NCBI GenBank assembly: GCA_054600435.1
Contig: BAAIJX010000019.1
Location: forward strand, 1 to 64,000
Direction of reading: 5' to 3'
Length of the DNA: 64,000 nt
DNA from: Neophaeotheca triangularis
Taxonomy: Eukaryota
Both the position numbers and the translations under genes were made by a program. The notes below the pieces were generated by a model. The model ran no database searches, was not told the DNA's origin, and worked only from the letters and a program-made list of their open reading frames with translations. Shown piece after piece: positions 10,467-19,582 of the stretch; position 1 is the stretch's first letter; each line of letters opens with the position of its first letter.

Positions 10467-11888
10467 ATGGGCATCGCGACGCCTCTCGTTGAGCGTGCTA
10501 CGGCGCTGGCGAGCTACGCCGGATCTTACGCTTGGCCGCCAGTCCTAGCACTTTCACGTAGTGCTGTTCTGGCATTACTCAAGAATGTGCAGATTGGAAG
10601 CCTTACAATTACCGACGTTGACGGTAGCGTGACGATATGCGGAAGCACGAGGCGGCTGGAAGAAAACGAAGAGAAGACAGTGTACACAATACCACACGTT
10701 GAACTGCGAGTACTCAACGACTTGTTCTGGATACGGCTGGCGCTCTTCGCGGACATGGGGTTCTCGGAAAGCTACATGCTAGGCGAAGTGACCTGCACAG
10801 ATCTCACGGCTTTCTTTCGCCTCTTTATTTTGAACAAAAACCACTTATCCAATGGCACGACTATCAGCTCGAATATCGCCGGCAAGGTCTCAGGGCTGAT
10901 TCGCCAGACGAATACCCTCACCAATGCTCGTCTAAACATCGCCGCGCATTACGACATCTCCAACGACATGTTTGCGGCCTTCCTTTCGCCTGACATGACT
11001 TACTCATGTCCCATCTGGCTGCCGAAAAGCGATCCACTGTCTCTGCAAGAAACCATGGAACAAGCGCAAATCCGGAAACTACGGCGCTTCGTTGACAATG
11101 CCAAGCTCAAACAGACGGACCACGTCTTAGAAATCGGGACTGGCTGGGGCAGTCTGGCAATTCTGGCGGTACAAGAGACTGGCTGCAGAGTGACTTCTCT
11201 CACTCTCAGCGTAGAGCAAAAGCAACTGGCCGAGGAGCGTATCGCGGCTGCAGGTCTCTCGGACAAAATCACGGTCCTCCTCTGCGATTACCGCAGCCTC
11301 CCAATCCCGCCAGAAAGCCAAAAGTACGACAAGGTCATCTCGATCGAAATGCTCGAGGCAGTCGGCGCTGAGTTCCTCGAGACCTACTTCCGTTGCATCG
11401 ACAACCTCATGAAGAGCGAGAACGGCGTTGCTGTCTTCCAGTGCATCACTATTCCCGAATCGCGGTACGCAGGCTACAGCAGCAGCGACGACTTCATCCG
11501 ACGCTACATCTTCCCCGGCGGTCATTTGCCCACCATCACGCAGCTACTGGACAATGTGCGCGCCGGCTCGTCCTCCAAGACCTCCCCTCCCCGCCTAATC
11601 CCTGAGTCGATCGAGAACATAGGCCCGCACTACGCGAAGACGCTGAGGCTATGGCGGCAGAGCTTCATGCAGAACTTCGCGACCAAGATCAAGCCAGCGC
11701 TGTTGGCTATGCACGCCGAGACCGGGAAGCAAAGGATGACGGAGGAAGATGTGGAAGTTTTCAGGCGGAAGTGGGAATACTACTTTGCGTACTGCGAGGG
11801 CGGTTTCGCTACAAAGACGCTAGGGGATGTAATAATTACGGTCGGAAGAGAAGGCGCTGTGGAGATGATGGAGGATGTGCCGTTGTAG
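10467..11888 (+). CDS. Cyclopropane-fatty-acyl-phospholipid synthase (CMAS/CFA) family SAM methyltransferase
   Basis: Motifs NIAAHYDISND..MTYSC, VLEIGTGWG (SAM binding), SIEMLEAVG, FIRRYIFPGG and WEYYFAYCEGGF. The first ATG is at 10467 (gccATGg); the ORF track starts at an upstream TTG. Confidence 0.92.
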   Translation: MGIATPLVERATALASYAGSYAWPPVLALSRSAVLALLKNVQIGSLTITDVDGSVTICGSTRRLEENEEKTVYTIPHVELRVLNDLFWIRLALFADMGFSESYMLGEVTCTDLTAFFRLFILNKNHLSNGTTISSNIAGKVSGLIRQTNTLTNARLNIAAHYDISNDMFAAFLSPDMTYSCPIWLPKSDPLSLQETMEQAQIRKLRRFVDNAKLKQTDHVLEIGTGWGSLAILAVQETGCRVTSLTLSVEQKQLAEERIAAAGLSDKITVLLCDYRSLPIPPESQKYDKVISIEMLEAVGAEFLETYFRCIDNLMKSENGVAVFQCITIPESRYAGYSSSDDFIRRYIFPGGHLPTITQLLDNVRAGSSSKTSPPRLIPESIENIGPHYAKTLRLWRQSFMQNFATKIKPALLAMHAETGKQRMTEEDVEVFRRKWEYYFAYCEGGFATKTLGDVIITVGREGAVEMMEDVPL

Positions 11889-13701
11889 GGGTTACAAGGG
11901 GATGAACTCCCTGAGTTCTATGTATAGGCCGATCTTCGATGCAGGCGAGGACTAAATCTGACATGCTGCGCTTAGCGAGCAACGAGCATGGCGTTGGTGG
12001 ACAAAAGCTTCGAGCACGCAGCTTGGTTGGGCTGGGCTGGGCTGGCATGGGTGTCAGCCTCGGGTGTGTGTGTGTGCTCCTTGCAATTGCTTTATACTGC
12101 TTTTCCTCTCCGCAACTTTTCCGGAGCGCTTATAAAATACGAGAAACCCAGTTCGAAGTAAGCAAACCCATTCTCATTTAATAACCACTTCAACCTTCCA
12201 GACATCAAAGCTTCTGGACCTCTCGGTTAGAGGTGCTGTACAGTTCTTACGTCGAGAGACACTGCAAACAGCACTTGGTCTTGTCGGAGTAAGCCTCGAA
12301 GCCATCCACAAGCCGGTCTTCCATACTATTCCTACCGTTCACACACCATCCCTGATGATGCGGGCTGCAACCCCGATCACGACAGTGTCATTTCGGTGGG
12401 CCAGGACCCCCGTCAGCCCGTCCAAATCAATCGCCCGAACGAGATCAAGAACACCAAAGTTGTGAAAGGGAGCTGACCACTTCTCGCCGAGAGCGAACGA
12501 GACCCCGGCAAACCGCACGCCGCCACAGCAAAATCGAATGTGACCTCACCTCATTCTTGTGCCAAAGCTTTCCCGGTGAGCTCCAGCTTCGGCCTCCCGA
12601 ATTTCGCGTCCTTATTGGCCCCCAGACCTCGACGCTAATCAATGGACGTTTTTCGATTTTCCTCTGTTCCCCTTTTCCAGCTCATGACAAAGTGGTGGGA
12701 CGGGTATTCTACGCCGGAGACACGTTCAGGTGAGGCTTTTCCTCGAGTGCTGGCTTGATTGATCGGTTCCCGGTGCTATTTGGCTTGTTCGAATTTTCAT
12801 GGCTGTAGGTTCGTACATTGGGCTTACTTTGGATCGCCCGAGACAAAGACTAGACCGTTGTTAAAATTGCCTACAATGCCGCTCGGGCTTGTCAGCGCAA
12901 TGCTTCAATACTGGTACTTCACGACGGATCGTGGCTTTGGTGCCGGAACCAAGGACACACTATCACTACCTAGCCTGGATGTTGCGCCGACACCTTCGTT
13001 CATGATTGTTCGGCATCCCGAACCCGCTCGAGGTAAAGCCGTAGAGTTTCGGGATGCTCAGGCCTGGATTTCAACATCCTCCTATTCCGTGGGGTCGGTC
13101 TTTAAAGGTGGGCGATATTCTGGGACTGTCGTTAGGAGAGTGAACCTCGAATGTCGTGGTGATGGATACTATGCTAAATACAAGGGCGCAGGTCTTGAGC
13201 AAGAGAGCTCGCGATGGAAGGTCTAATGTCTTGCATGCCATCCTTCTCCATTCCGATCACAGGGTTCAGAGTGCTTCTTGCTGAGGATGTGACCCCTTTT
13301 TTGGCACTGCCAGGGAAACGGCTGGAAAAACATCGTTCGCTGAGCGCCATGGCTTCGGTAACGAGACACCTCTTCGCTGCTTCGATTTCTGAGCGAGGAA
13401 AACACTTACTTCTCAACAATACAAGAACGTAGCTTCCGCCGTACCGCTACTGGTTCGTCTAATGGTTGTTCCCTGGATCTTGCTTCCCATTCAAGATGAC
13501 ATAAGAGACGTTACATCAAATAAATCGCATTACAGCAATCTCGGACACCACCAAAGACGTTCGTGAAAAGAAGCTTCATCAGTCATGCTACCTCAATTTC
13601 AATCAGAAGCGACAGATAAAGTACAAACATCGACCAAACACCAACGTCACCCAATTCGTTCAATCCCGCTCCCATTGAAAACCAGCCACAAGCACAGCTC
13701 T

Positions 13702-13944
13702 CTACTTCTTCTGGCCGCCCTGCCCTCCACTCGATCCACCCTTGTTGCCTCCGCCCATGGTGTTGGCACCTTTGTCGGCGGTGGACTGAGCGCGAGAGGC
13801 AAAGCCTGGGTCGTTTCCGCTTTTCGCCTGGACAAAGAAAGGGTTAGTACCCAGTGCCGAAGACAGTATATAAGTTGGGAGTCAGTCATGGTGGTGCGTA
13901 CTCACGTTGGAGGATTGGATGCGAGCGGCGTCATTTTTGGACAT
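13702..13944 (-). CDS. 54-aa hydrophilic SMP (seed maturation protein)/LEA-like protein; exons 13944-13906 and 13827-13702
   Basis: Intron 13905-13828 (GTGAGT..CTAAC..CAG). Product MSKNDAARIQSSNAKSGNDPGFASRAQSTADKGANTMGGGNKGGSSGGQGGQKK*, with the DA.RIQS...GFA.RAQS.AD pattern of small fungal SMP-like proteins. Not in the ORF track. Confidence 0.8.
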
Positions 13945-14411
13945 GTTGGAACCTGAATTGTTGTTCATCTTGGATGGCTGGGTTGGGGCTGAGTGCGAAG
14001 GTTTGTTTTTCGCTTTGATTCTTCAACTGTTGAGATGCTCAAGCTGATGGATATGATTCGAGGAAAAGAAGGGACTGGAGTGCGGCGAGTGCTACTTCTA
14101 TAGCACACCGGGCAAAGGAAAGTGAATTGCTAATTTGCTGGGCAACTCGAGCAGAGCCAAAGATCATGCAACGAGGCGCCCCAACAAAGAGCAGATTGTC
14201 GCGGCACAGGATACTTGCAGCAATTCAAACAAAACGTTCTCGCCCTGTGCTATCCCAAGCTGCACTGACTCCAAAACTCCAAGACATCACATTTCGTTCC
14301 TACCAAACAATTTGCTTCATGCAGCCATGCCATTTTGCTTTCGATGCGAATTTGCCGCCAATGTACGTACGTCTTGCGTTTTGCCTCTGTATGCGAATTG
14401 GTCCTCCCGCT

Positions 14412-14900
14412 TCAATGATACTGCCAAAGCTCCTCCGATAGGTTAAAGTCCTTTCTGAAATCGGTGCTCAGGACGTCGTTGAAGCCAAAAGTGTCCATTG
14501 CCGGCAAGGAATCTTCAATCTCATTGTCATGAGTTTGGCCTTGGTTTGAGGGTCTCGACAACGCTGGATCGTTCCCCGAGCTCGCGCTCGTACATTGTAA
14601 AAGGGCGGTGTCCGTACTTGTCGATTGCTTCGAATGGTCCTGCAGCAGCACTGGATCAATCTTGGGCTCGGCATTGCGCTCGATATTCTGCGCGAGCCAA
14701 TCACGCGGTCTCGGCGACAGCAACGGCTTCTTGTCGTTCAGCCCGGCCAGGCAATAGGAGCACTTTCCCGGCAAGACGACGCGATGGTCTCCGTGAACGA
14801 CAATCCAGCAGACCCCGAACGCGGAGGCTTGCGGGCACGTTTCGATGGGGAGGTATTCGCCGTGGCCGCAAGAACACCAGACGAGCTCTTGGGTGCACAT
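14412..14900 (-). CDS. Hypothetical 162-aa protein with an N-terminal Cys/His-rich putative zinc-binding module
   Basis: ATG at 14900 gives MCTQELVWCSCGH-x8-C-x8-C-x4-H-x2-H-x7-CSYC, then a disordered acidic tail ending EELWQYH. Confidence 0.6.
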   Translation of the reverse strand: MCTQELVWCSCGHGEYLPIETCPQASAFGVCWIVVHGDHRVVLPGKCSYCLAGLNDKKPLLSPRPRDWLAQNIERNAEPKIDPVLLQDHSKQSTSTDTALLQCTSASSGNDPALSRPSNQGQTHDNEIEDSLPAMDTFGFNDVLSTDFRKDFNLSEELWQYH

Positions 14901-15448
14901 TCGTGTTTTCTGTCGACTTTGCGGTAATAGGAGTTTCGTTGTGGTGGGATAGAAGGGGTTCTGCTGCGCATGCGGCTGATACAGGCGTAGAAGGTTGCCA
15001 TTATGTTTGCGCAGGAGCAAACTTGTGTTATGACTTACCCTGCTTATCTGCTGATGATCTGGGATGAGGGATCGAATCTCGGTCTTTTTTCACATGGTCC
15101 CACCTTGTCTTATGGACTCTTCCCACTTGACACGGGAAACGCAGTTGAATTTGTGTAGTGGCGGAGTATAGTCACTCGGCACTCGGGTCGCGAAAGTCCG
15201 CCCAACTATTACAGGAGAATCTGTCCTTTCGCCCCATCCTGGTGGACACTGAGGAATGTGCGGGTGATTTTGCGGCACCATGTCGACTGCTTCTTGCCGT
15301 GGGGCTATTGCGCATCTATTCTGATCGCGAGGTGGGCTATCCTACGGTTGGGAAAATAGGCTTGCTTTACTTGGCTCTCAGCTTGATTCTTCCCTGTTAC
15401 CCAGGTAACATCCAACTTCATCCAGTCCCAAGTACTTGCTGGCTACTT

Positions 15449-17383
15449 TCATACCTCCCCCCAAATCTCATTCCAGGCGCTAGGATTCAACTCCAAAGGT
15501 CCCCTCAACGTGCCAGTCCGCGGTCTTCGTCCTTCGCCTGGCTCCGGCAAACAAATCCACTCCCTCACACACCCTGGAACATCCTCTTTGGCATGACTGA
15601 TGACGAGCAATGCCTGCTGTGGCGAAAGGCCCTCGAAAGCTGCCGGTGCATCTGTTTCTGACGTCCGAAGATTGCCTTGCGAGAGAAAGCTCATGGCTTT
15701 CTCGCGAGTCGTATCGTCCATACCGCTGAAAGCTTCGTCCAAGATGACAAGGTCCGGACTGGCGACGAGAGCGCGGAGGAACAGTATGAGACGCTGATTT
15801 GAGAAGCTGAGCTCTGCGAAACGGAGATCTTTCGCCCAATCGAGGTTTTGTGCAGCTTGCGTTGGTGTAGATGGCGCGAGCTCTTCGGCAAACCACTTCA
15901 AGCATGCATCTACACGACGAGTGGCGTTGTTGGTCAAGTCGGGTTTAGCCAATGGTGCATCAGCCCAAGCAGATTCCAGGCTTCGCCGTACTGTGAGTCG
16001 CCTGGGAAAGAAAGCGTGGACTTCCGGGCTTGAGTGGCCCATTCTTCTTTGAATGTCGAAAAGAGAAATACCCGGTTCGCCTGGTCCGGGCAGACGAGAG
16101 CGGCCGAACAGCTTGATGGGAAGGCTGTAGGTCTGCGGATGATCTGAGGTTATCAAGCTGAGCATTGTCGTTTTTCCTGAACCGTTTGGACCAAAGATGC
16201 CGCATCTCTGGCCACGTTGAAGAGACCACCATAGGCCTGATTGCGAATCAGAGTCGGGGTCCTCGAACTTTCCATGCCAGTCGCCTAGAACAATGGTTTC
16301 ACCGTAAGTGACTTTGACGCCACGCATCTCCACTAATGGCTCCCCAGGGAGCAATGGCGGGTCTTCTTGCATGAAGCCGTCGATGCTTTTTCGGTTGCAG
16401 AGCTCCGACACCTTCTGGTCGTCGTTGACGTGCTCCATCTCCTCGTGATAAGGTCGGCTCTTGAGAACCTCCGTCTTGACGCCTTGCGAACGGACCGTCA
16501 ACTCTTGACTTACGAGTATGAGATGACTGATCCATTCCGGGATAGCATCTTCAGGTCTAAGACTTAATACCAGTCTAGGTCGCTGGCTGACTGCCATTGA
16601 TTCGAGTACACTAGACAATGTGACCAGAGTGTTGGGATCTAAGCCCATAAAGGGCCCGTCAAGTAAAAGTACTTCGGGCTGGCCCATGAGCGCTTTTGCA
16701 ATGCGAGCTCGCCTAGTCTGACCGTTGCTTAAATTTGCCACGGGCATCTGCAGCAACCGGCCGAGATTAAGCTGGCTGACAACGCTGTCCAACACGGCAT
16801 TGTCGTTACTGGACCCATCGCCTTCCAGAGGGTTGAGCTCGGTGTGGCCGGTCAGATAGTCATGGAGAGAGAAGTCATCTTCTTCCCTGCGGCTTTCGTA
16901 GCGAGCGCTTAGATAGGCACCGCGAACGTTGCTCCCTCCTACGCTGCCGCCTCGCTCGGCATCGAAACCTACGTATTGGATAGCATGCTGAGAAACTTTG
17001 CCGAGATCGGAAAGGTAAGGATACGATCGAGCGTTTGGTGGAATACAAATGTAATGGCCGGCCAGTGCCTTTAGGAATGCGGCCCGGGCATGGGACGATG
17101 GGGAAACTATAGCCCAAGACTGGTTCGCTGCATCGTTCTGCTGTTTCCCGCTCGGAAGAGTGTAGCTTACACCTGGGAACATCGGCGGGTTGCTGTTTGT
17201 GTCATGTTCCGAGGATGGATGCTGCTGGTAAAAAGAGGCCTGCTCCAGCTTTACGATGGGCCTGCTGCTATCATGGTGTAGGTGGCGGGTGGCATTGCCA
17301 CCGCTTAGAAGTCGCCGTCTTCGAGCAGCGAGAATCTGTCGCCTCCACATGACGATTCCGTTGTTCAGCCCTCTGTAGAGCAT
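15449..17383 (-). CDS. Soluble double-NBD ABC ATPase, ModF/YDR061W-like, with a predicted mitochondrial presequence
   Basis: NBD1 signature LSNGQTRR and LLLDGP; NBD2 GPNGSGKTT, LVILDEAF and ISH; no transmembrane domain. Arg-rich N-terminus (MWRRQILAARRRRLL). The start could be 17383 or the next ATG at 17350. Confidence 0.85.
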   Translation of the reverse strand: MLYRGLNNGIVMWRRQILAARRRRLLSGGNATRHLHHDSSRPIVKLEQASFYQQHPSSEHDTNSNPPMFPGVSYTLPSGKQQNDAANQSWAIVSPSSHARAAFLKALAGHYICIPPNARSYPYLSDLGKVSQHAIQYVGFDAERGGSVGGSNVRGAYLSARYESRREEDDFSLHDYLTGHTELNPLEGDGSSNDNAVLDSVVSQLNLGRLLQMPVANLSNGQTRRARIAKALMGQPEVLLLDGPFMGLDPNTLVTLSSVLESMAVSQRPRLVLSLRPEDAIPEWISHLILVSQELTVRSQGVKTEVLKSRPYHEEMEHVNDDQKVSELCNRKSIDGFMQEDPPLLPGEPLVEMRGVKVTYGETIVLGDWHGKFEDPDSDSQSGLWWSLQRGQRCGIFGPNGSGKTTMLSLITSDHPQTYSLPIKLFGRSRLPGPGEPGISLFDIQRRMGHSSPEVHAFFPRRLTVRRSLESAWADAPLAKPDLTNNATRRVDACLKWFAEELAPSTPTQAAQNLDWAKDLRFAELSFSNQRLILFLRALVASPDLVILDEAFSGMDDTTREKAMSFLSQGNLRTSETDAPAAFEGLSPQQALLVISHAKEDVPGCVREWICLPEPGEGRRPRTGTLRGPLELNPSAWNEIWGEV

Positions 17384-17683
17384 GTGGAGGTGTTGTTCTG
17401 TTGAAAGTGAGGAGGTACATGTGATGTATCTTTACGAGGACGAAATATCCAGGCTAATTATGGGAGACTTCCGAGCGAGCTGGCTTCAGATGACCGCACG
17501 AGAGGCACGAGACAGCTCGCGCTTCCTGGCCTCACTCCTCGGCCAAACATCCATAATACATTTCCTTTCCCCTCCTTCTTTCCTGCATTGCATAGCCTGC
17601 GTAACGACATAAATCACGATGCCACGATAGCCCACGGCCTCTACAAACAACCACCCGCAAAAGCAAGGACATTCAAACGAACC

Positions 17684-19582
17684 ATGTCCCGAAGCACCTC
17701 TCGCCCATCGAGCAGCAAAGGACTCCTCGCACGAGAACCCTCCCAGAACAACAACATAGACAAGCTGGACTATCACCCGGGTGGTCGGCCTCTCCTCGCC
17801 CCCGATGAACATAACAATCACACTCCCTCTAGTCGACCTTCACAAGACACAAGCTACGCCGGCAGCTTTTTCGAGAATGTAGCTTCAGGCATCGTCGAGA
17901 ACGAGCGCTCCGCCATGCAACGCGAAGTCACCCGCTACCTCTCCTTCATCTGGGCGCTGCTCATGTGCCTGTGTGCCGGCAGCATCACGTCCTACTCGCT
18001 CTATGCGCCGCTCTTCCAGAAACACCTGAATTACTCACAATTGCAAGTCAACGGTGTTAGTATAACTGCTGAGCTAGGCATGTACTTGCCTGTTCCGATC
18101 TGGGGATACTCGTGCGATCGATTTGGACCCGGGCCACCGAGCCTGCTATCAGGGTTGTTTTTTGGAGTTGGATATTTGCTTGCAGCTTTCACTTATGAGA
18201 GCGGGCCGCCTGTGGTTCAGGGAGGAGGGGGATGGCCGTACGCGGTTATGGTTCTGGCTTTTGTAGGCGTGGGCATGGGCACATCGTGCATGTACCTATC
18301 AGCGGTCACGACTTGTGCAAAAAACTTTGGAAGGGGCAAGTACAAGGGTGTAGCGCTGGCGCTGCCAATTGCGGCCTTTGGGTTGAGTGGAATGTGGCAG
18401 AGTCAAGTGGGCAGTAGGCTACTTTATGAGCGCACTGAAGATGGGGACAAGGGCGACGTGGATGTGCATCGCTTCTTTCTGTTTCTAGGGCTATTACTGC
18501 TCTCCATGGGGGTCATCGGTACGTTTGCGTTACGTATCGTCGATGAGGGTGAGATGATAGACGAGGCAGTCGATGAGCTTGAACAATCGGGACTTCTCGA
18601 GGACAGTGAGTTCTTTCAACCCCACGATACTGCGCACAGAGGCTACGGGACCCTCCCGGACAATCACGAACGTCGTCTCTCAGCGGAAGATGTGGACGAA
18701 CTTCACCAAAAGGCCGCAGAGCAACGAGCTCGCAAGGCAGAAGAGGCACGCAAGAAGACTTGGCTCTTAAATGAGGAGACTCGCCGCTTCCTGGCCGATC
18801 GCACTATGTGGTTCTTAGCCGCCGGCTTTTTCCTCGTCACTGGCCCTGGTGAAGCTTTTATCAACAATTTGGGGACTATCATAGGGACTCTATACCCTGA
18901 TCCAATATTTAACCCACCACAAGAAGGCTCAGCGATGACCAGCGCAGCCACGCATGTCTCGCTCGTCGCAATTACTTCCACCGTCGCCCGCATCTTCACG
19001 GGTACCCTGACCGACCTTCTTGCCCCCACCTCATCACAGCATCAACATCGACGCGGCCCCAACAGCCTCGCCGGATCCCTTGCCTCCCTCTCCGGTGCCG
19101 AACCAGCGCCACAAACCAAAGGTCTCGAAATTTCCCGCCTAACCTTCCTGCTAGCGTTCAGTCTCCTGCTCTCCCTAGGCCAAATCATCCTAGCATCAGG
19201 CGTGCTGCAAGACCACGGCAACCTGTTCTGGATTGTCTCCAGCTGCATAGGAGCCGGCTACGGTGCGGCCTTCAGTCTCACCCCCATCATCATTTCCGTA
19301 GTCTGGGGTGTTGAAAATTTCGGCACCAACTGGGGTATTGTGGCTACCATGCCTGCTGCCGGGGCGACTGTCTACAGTCTGCTCTACAGTGGAGTATACG
19401 ACTGGGCTACGGAGGGTACCACGGGAAATGGAGACCACGAGGGCGATGGGCTCTGTCATGGCAATTTGTGCTATGCGCCTACGTTTTGGATTATGGCTTG
19501 TAGCGTGTGGGTAGCGTGCGGGCTTTGGGTATATGCGTGGAGGGGACCGGATGGATGGTTGAGGAGGGGAATATTAGTCTAG
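17684..19582 (+). CDS. MCH1: MFS transporter, MCH1/nodulin-like family
   Basis: Motifs CAGSITSYSLYAP, MYLPVPIWGYSCDRFGP, ALPIAAFGLSGMW, GPGEAFINNLG and VWGVENFGTNWG; accATG start at 17684. Confidence 0.88.
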   Translation: MSRSTSRPSSSKGLLAREPSQNNNIDKLDYHPGGRPLLAPDEHNNHTPSSRPSQDTSYAGSFFENVASGIVENERSAMQREVTRYLSFIWALLMCLCAGSITSYSLYAPLFQKHLNYSQLQVNGVSITAELGMYLPVPIWGYSCDRFGPGPPSLLSGLFFGVGYLLAAFTYESGPPVVQGGGGWPYAVMVLAFVGVGMGTSCMYLSAVTTCAKNFGRGKYKGVALALPIAAFGLSGMWQSQVGSRLLYERTEDGDKGDVDVHRFFLFLGLLLLSMGVIGTFALRIVDEGEMIDEAVDELEQSGLLEDSEFFQPHDTAHRGYGTLPDNHERRLSAEDVDELHQKAAEQRARKAEEARKKTWLLNEETRRFLADRTMWFLAAGFFLVTGPGEAFINNLGTIIGTLYPDPIFNPPQEGSAMTSAATHVSLVAITSTVARIFTGTLTDLLAPTSSQHQHRRGPNSLAGSLASLSGAEPAPQTKGLEISRLTFLLAFSLLLSLGQIILASGVLQDHGNLFWIVSSCIGAGYGAAFSLTPIIISVVWGVENFGTNWGIVATMPAAGATVYSLLYSGVYDWATEGTTGNGDHEGDGLCHGNLCYAPTFWIMACSVWVACGLWVYAWRGPDGWLRRGILV

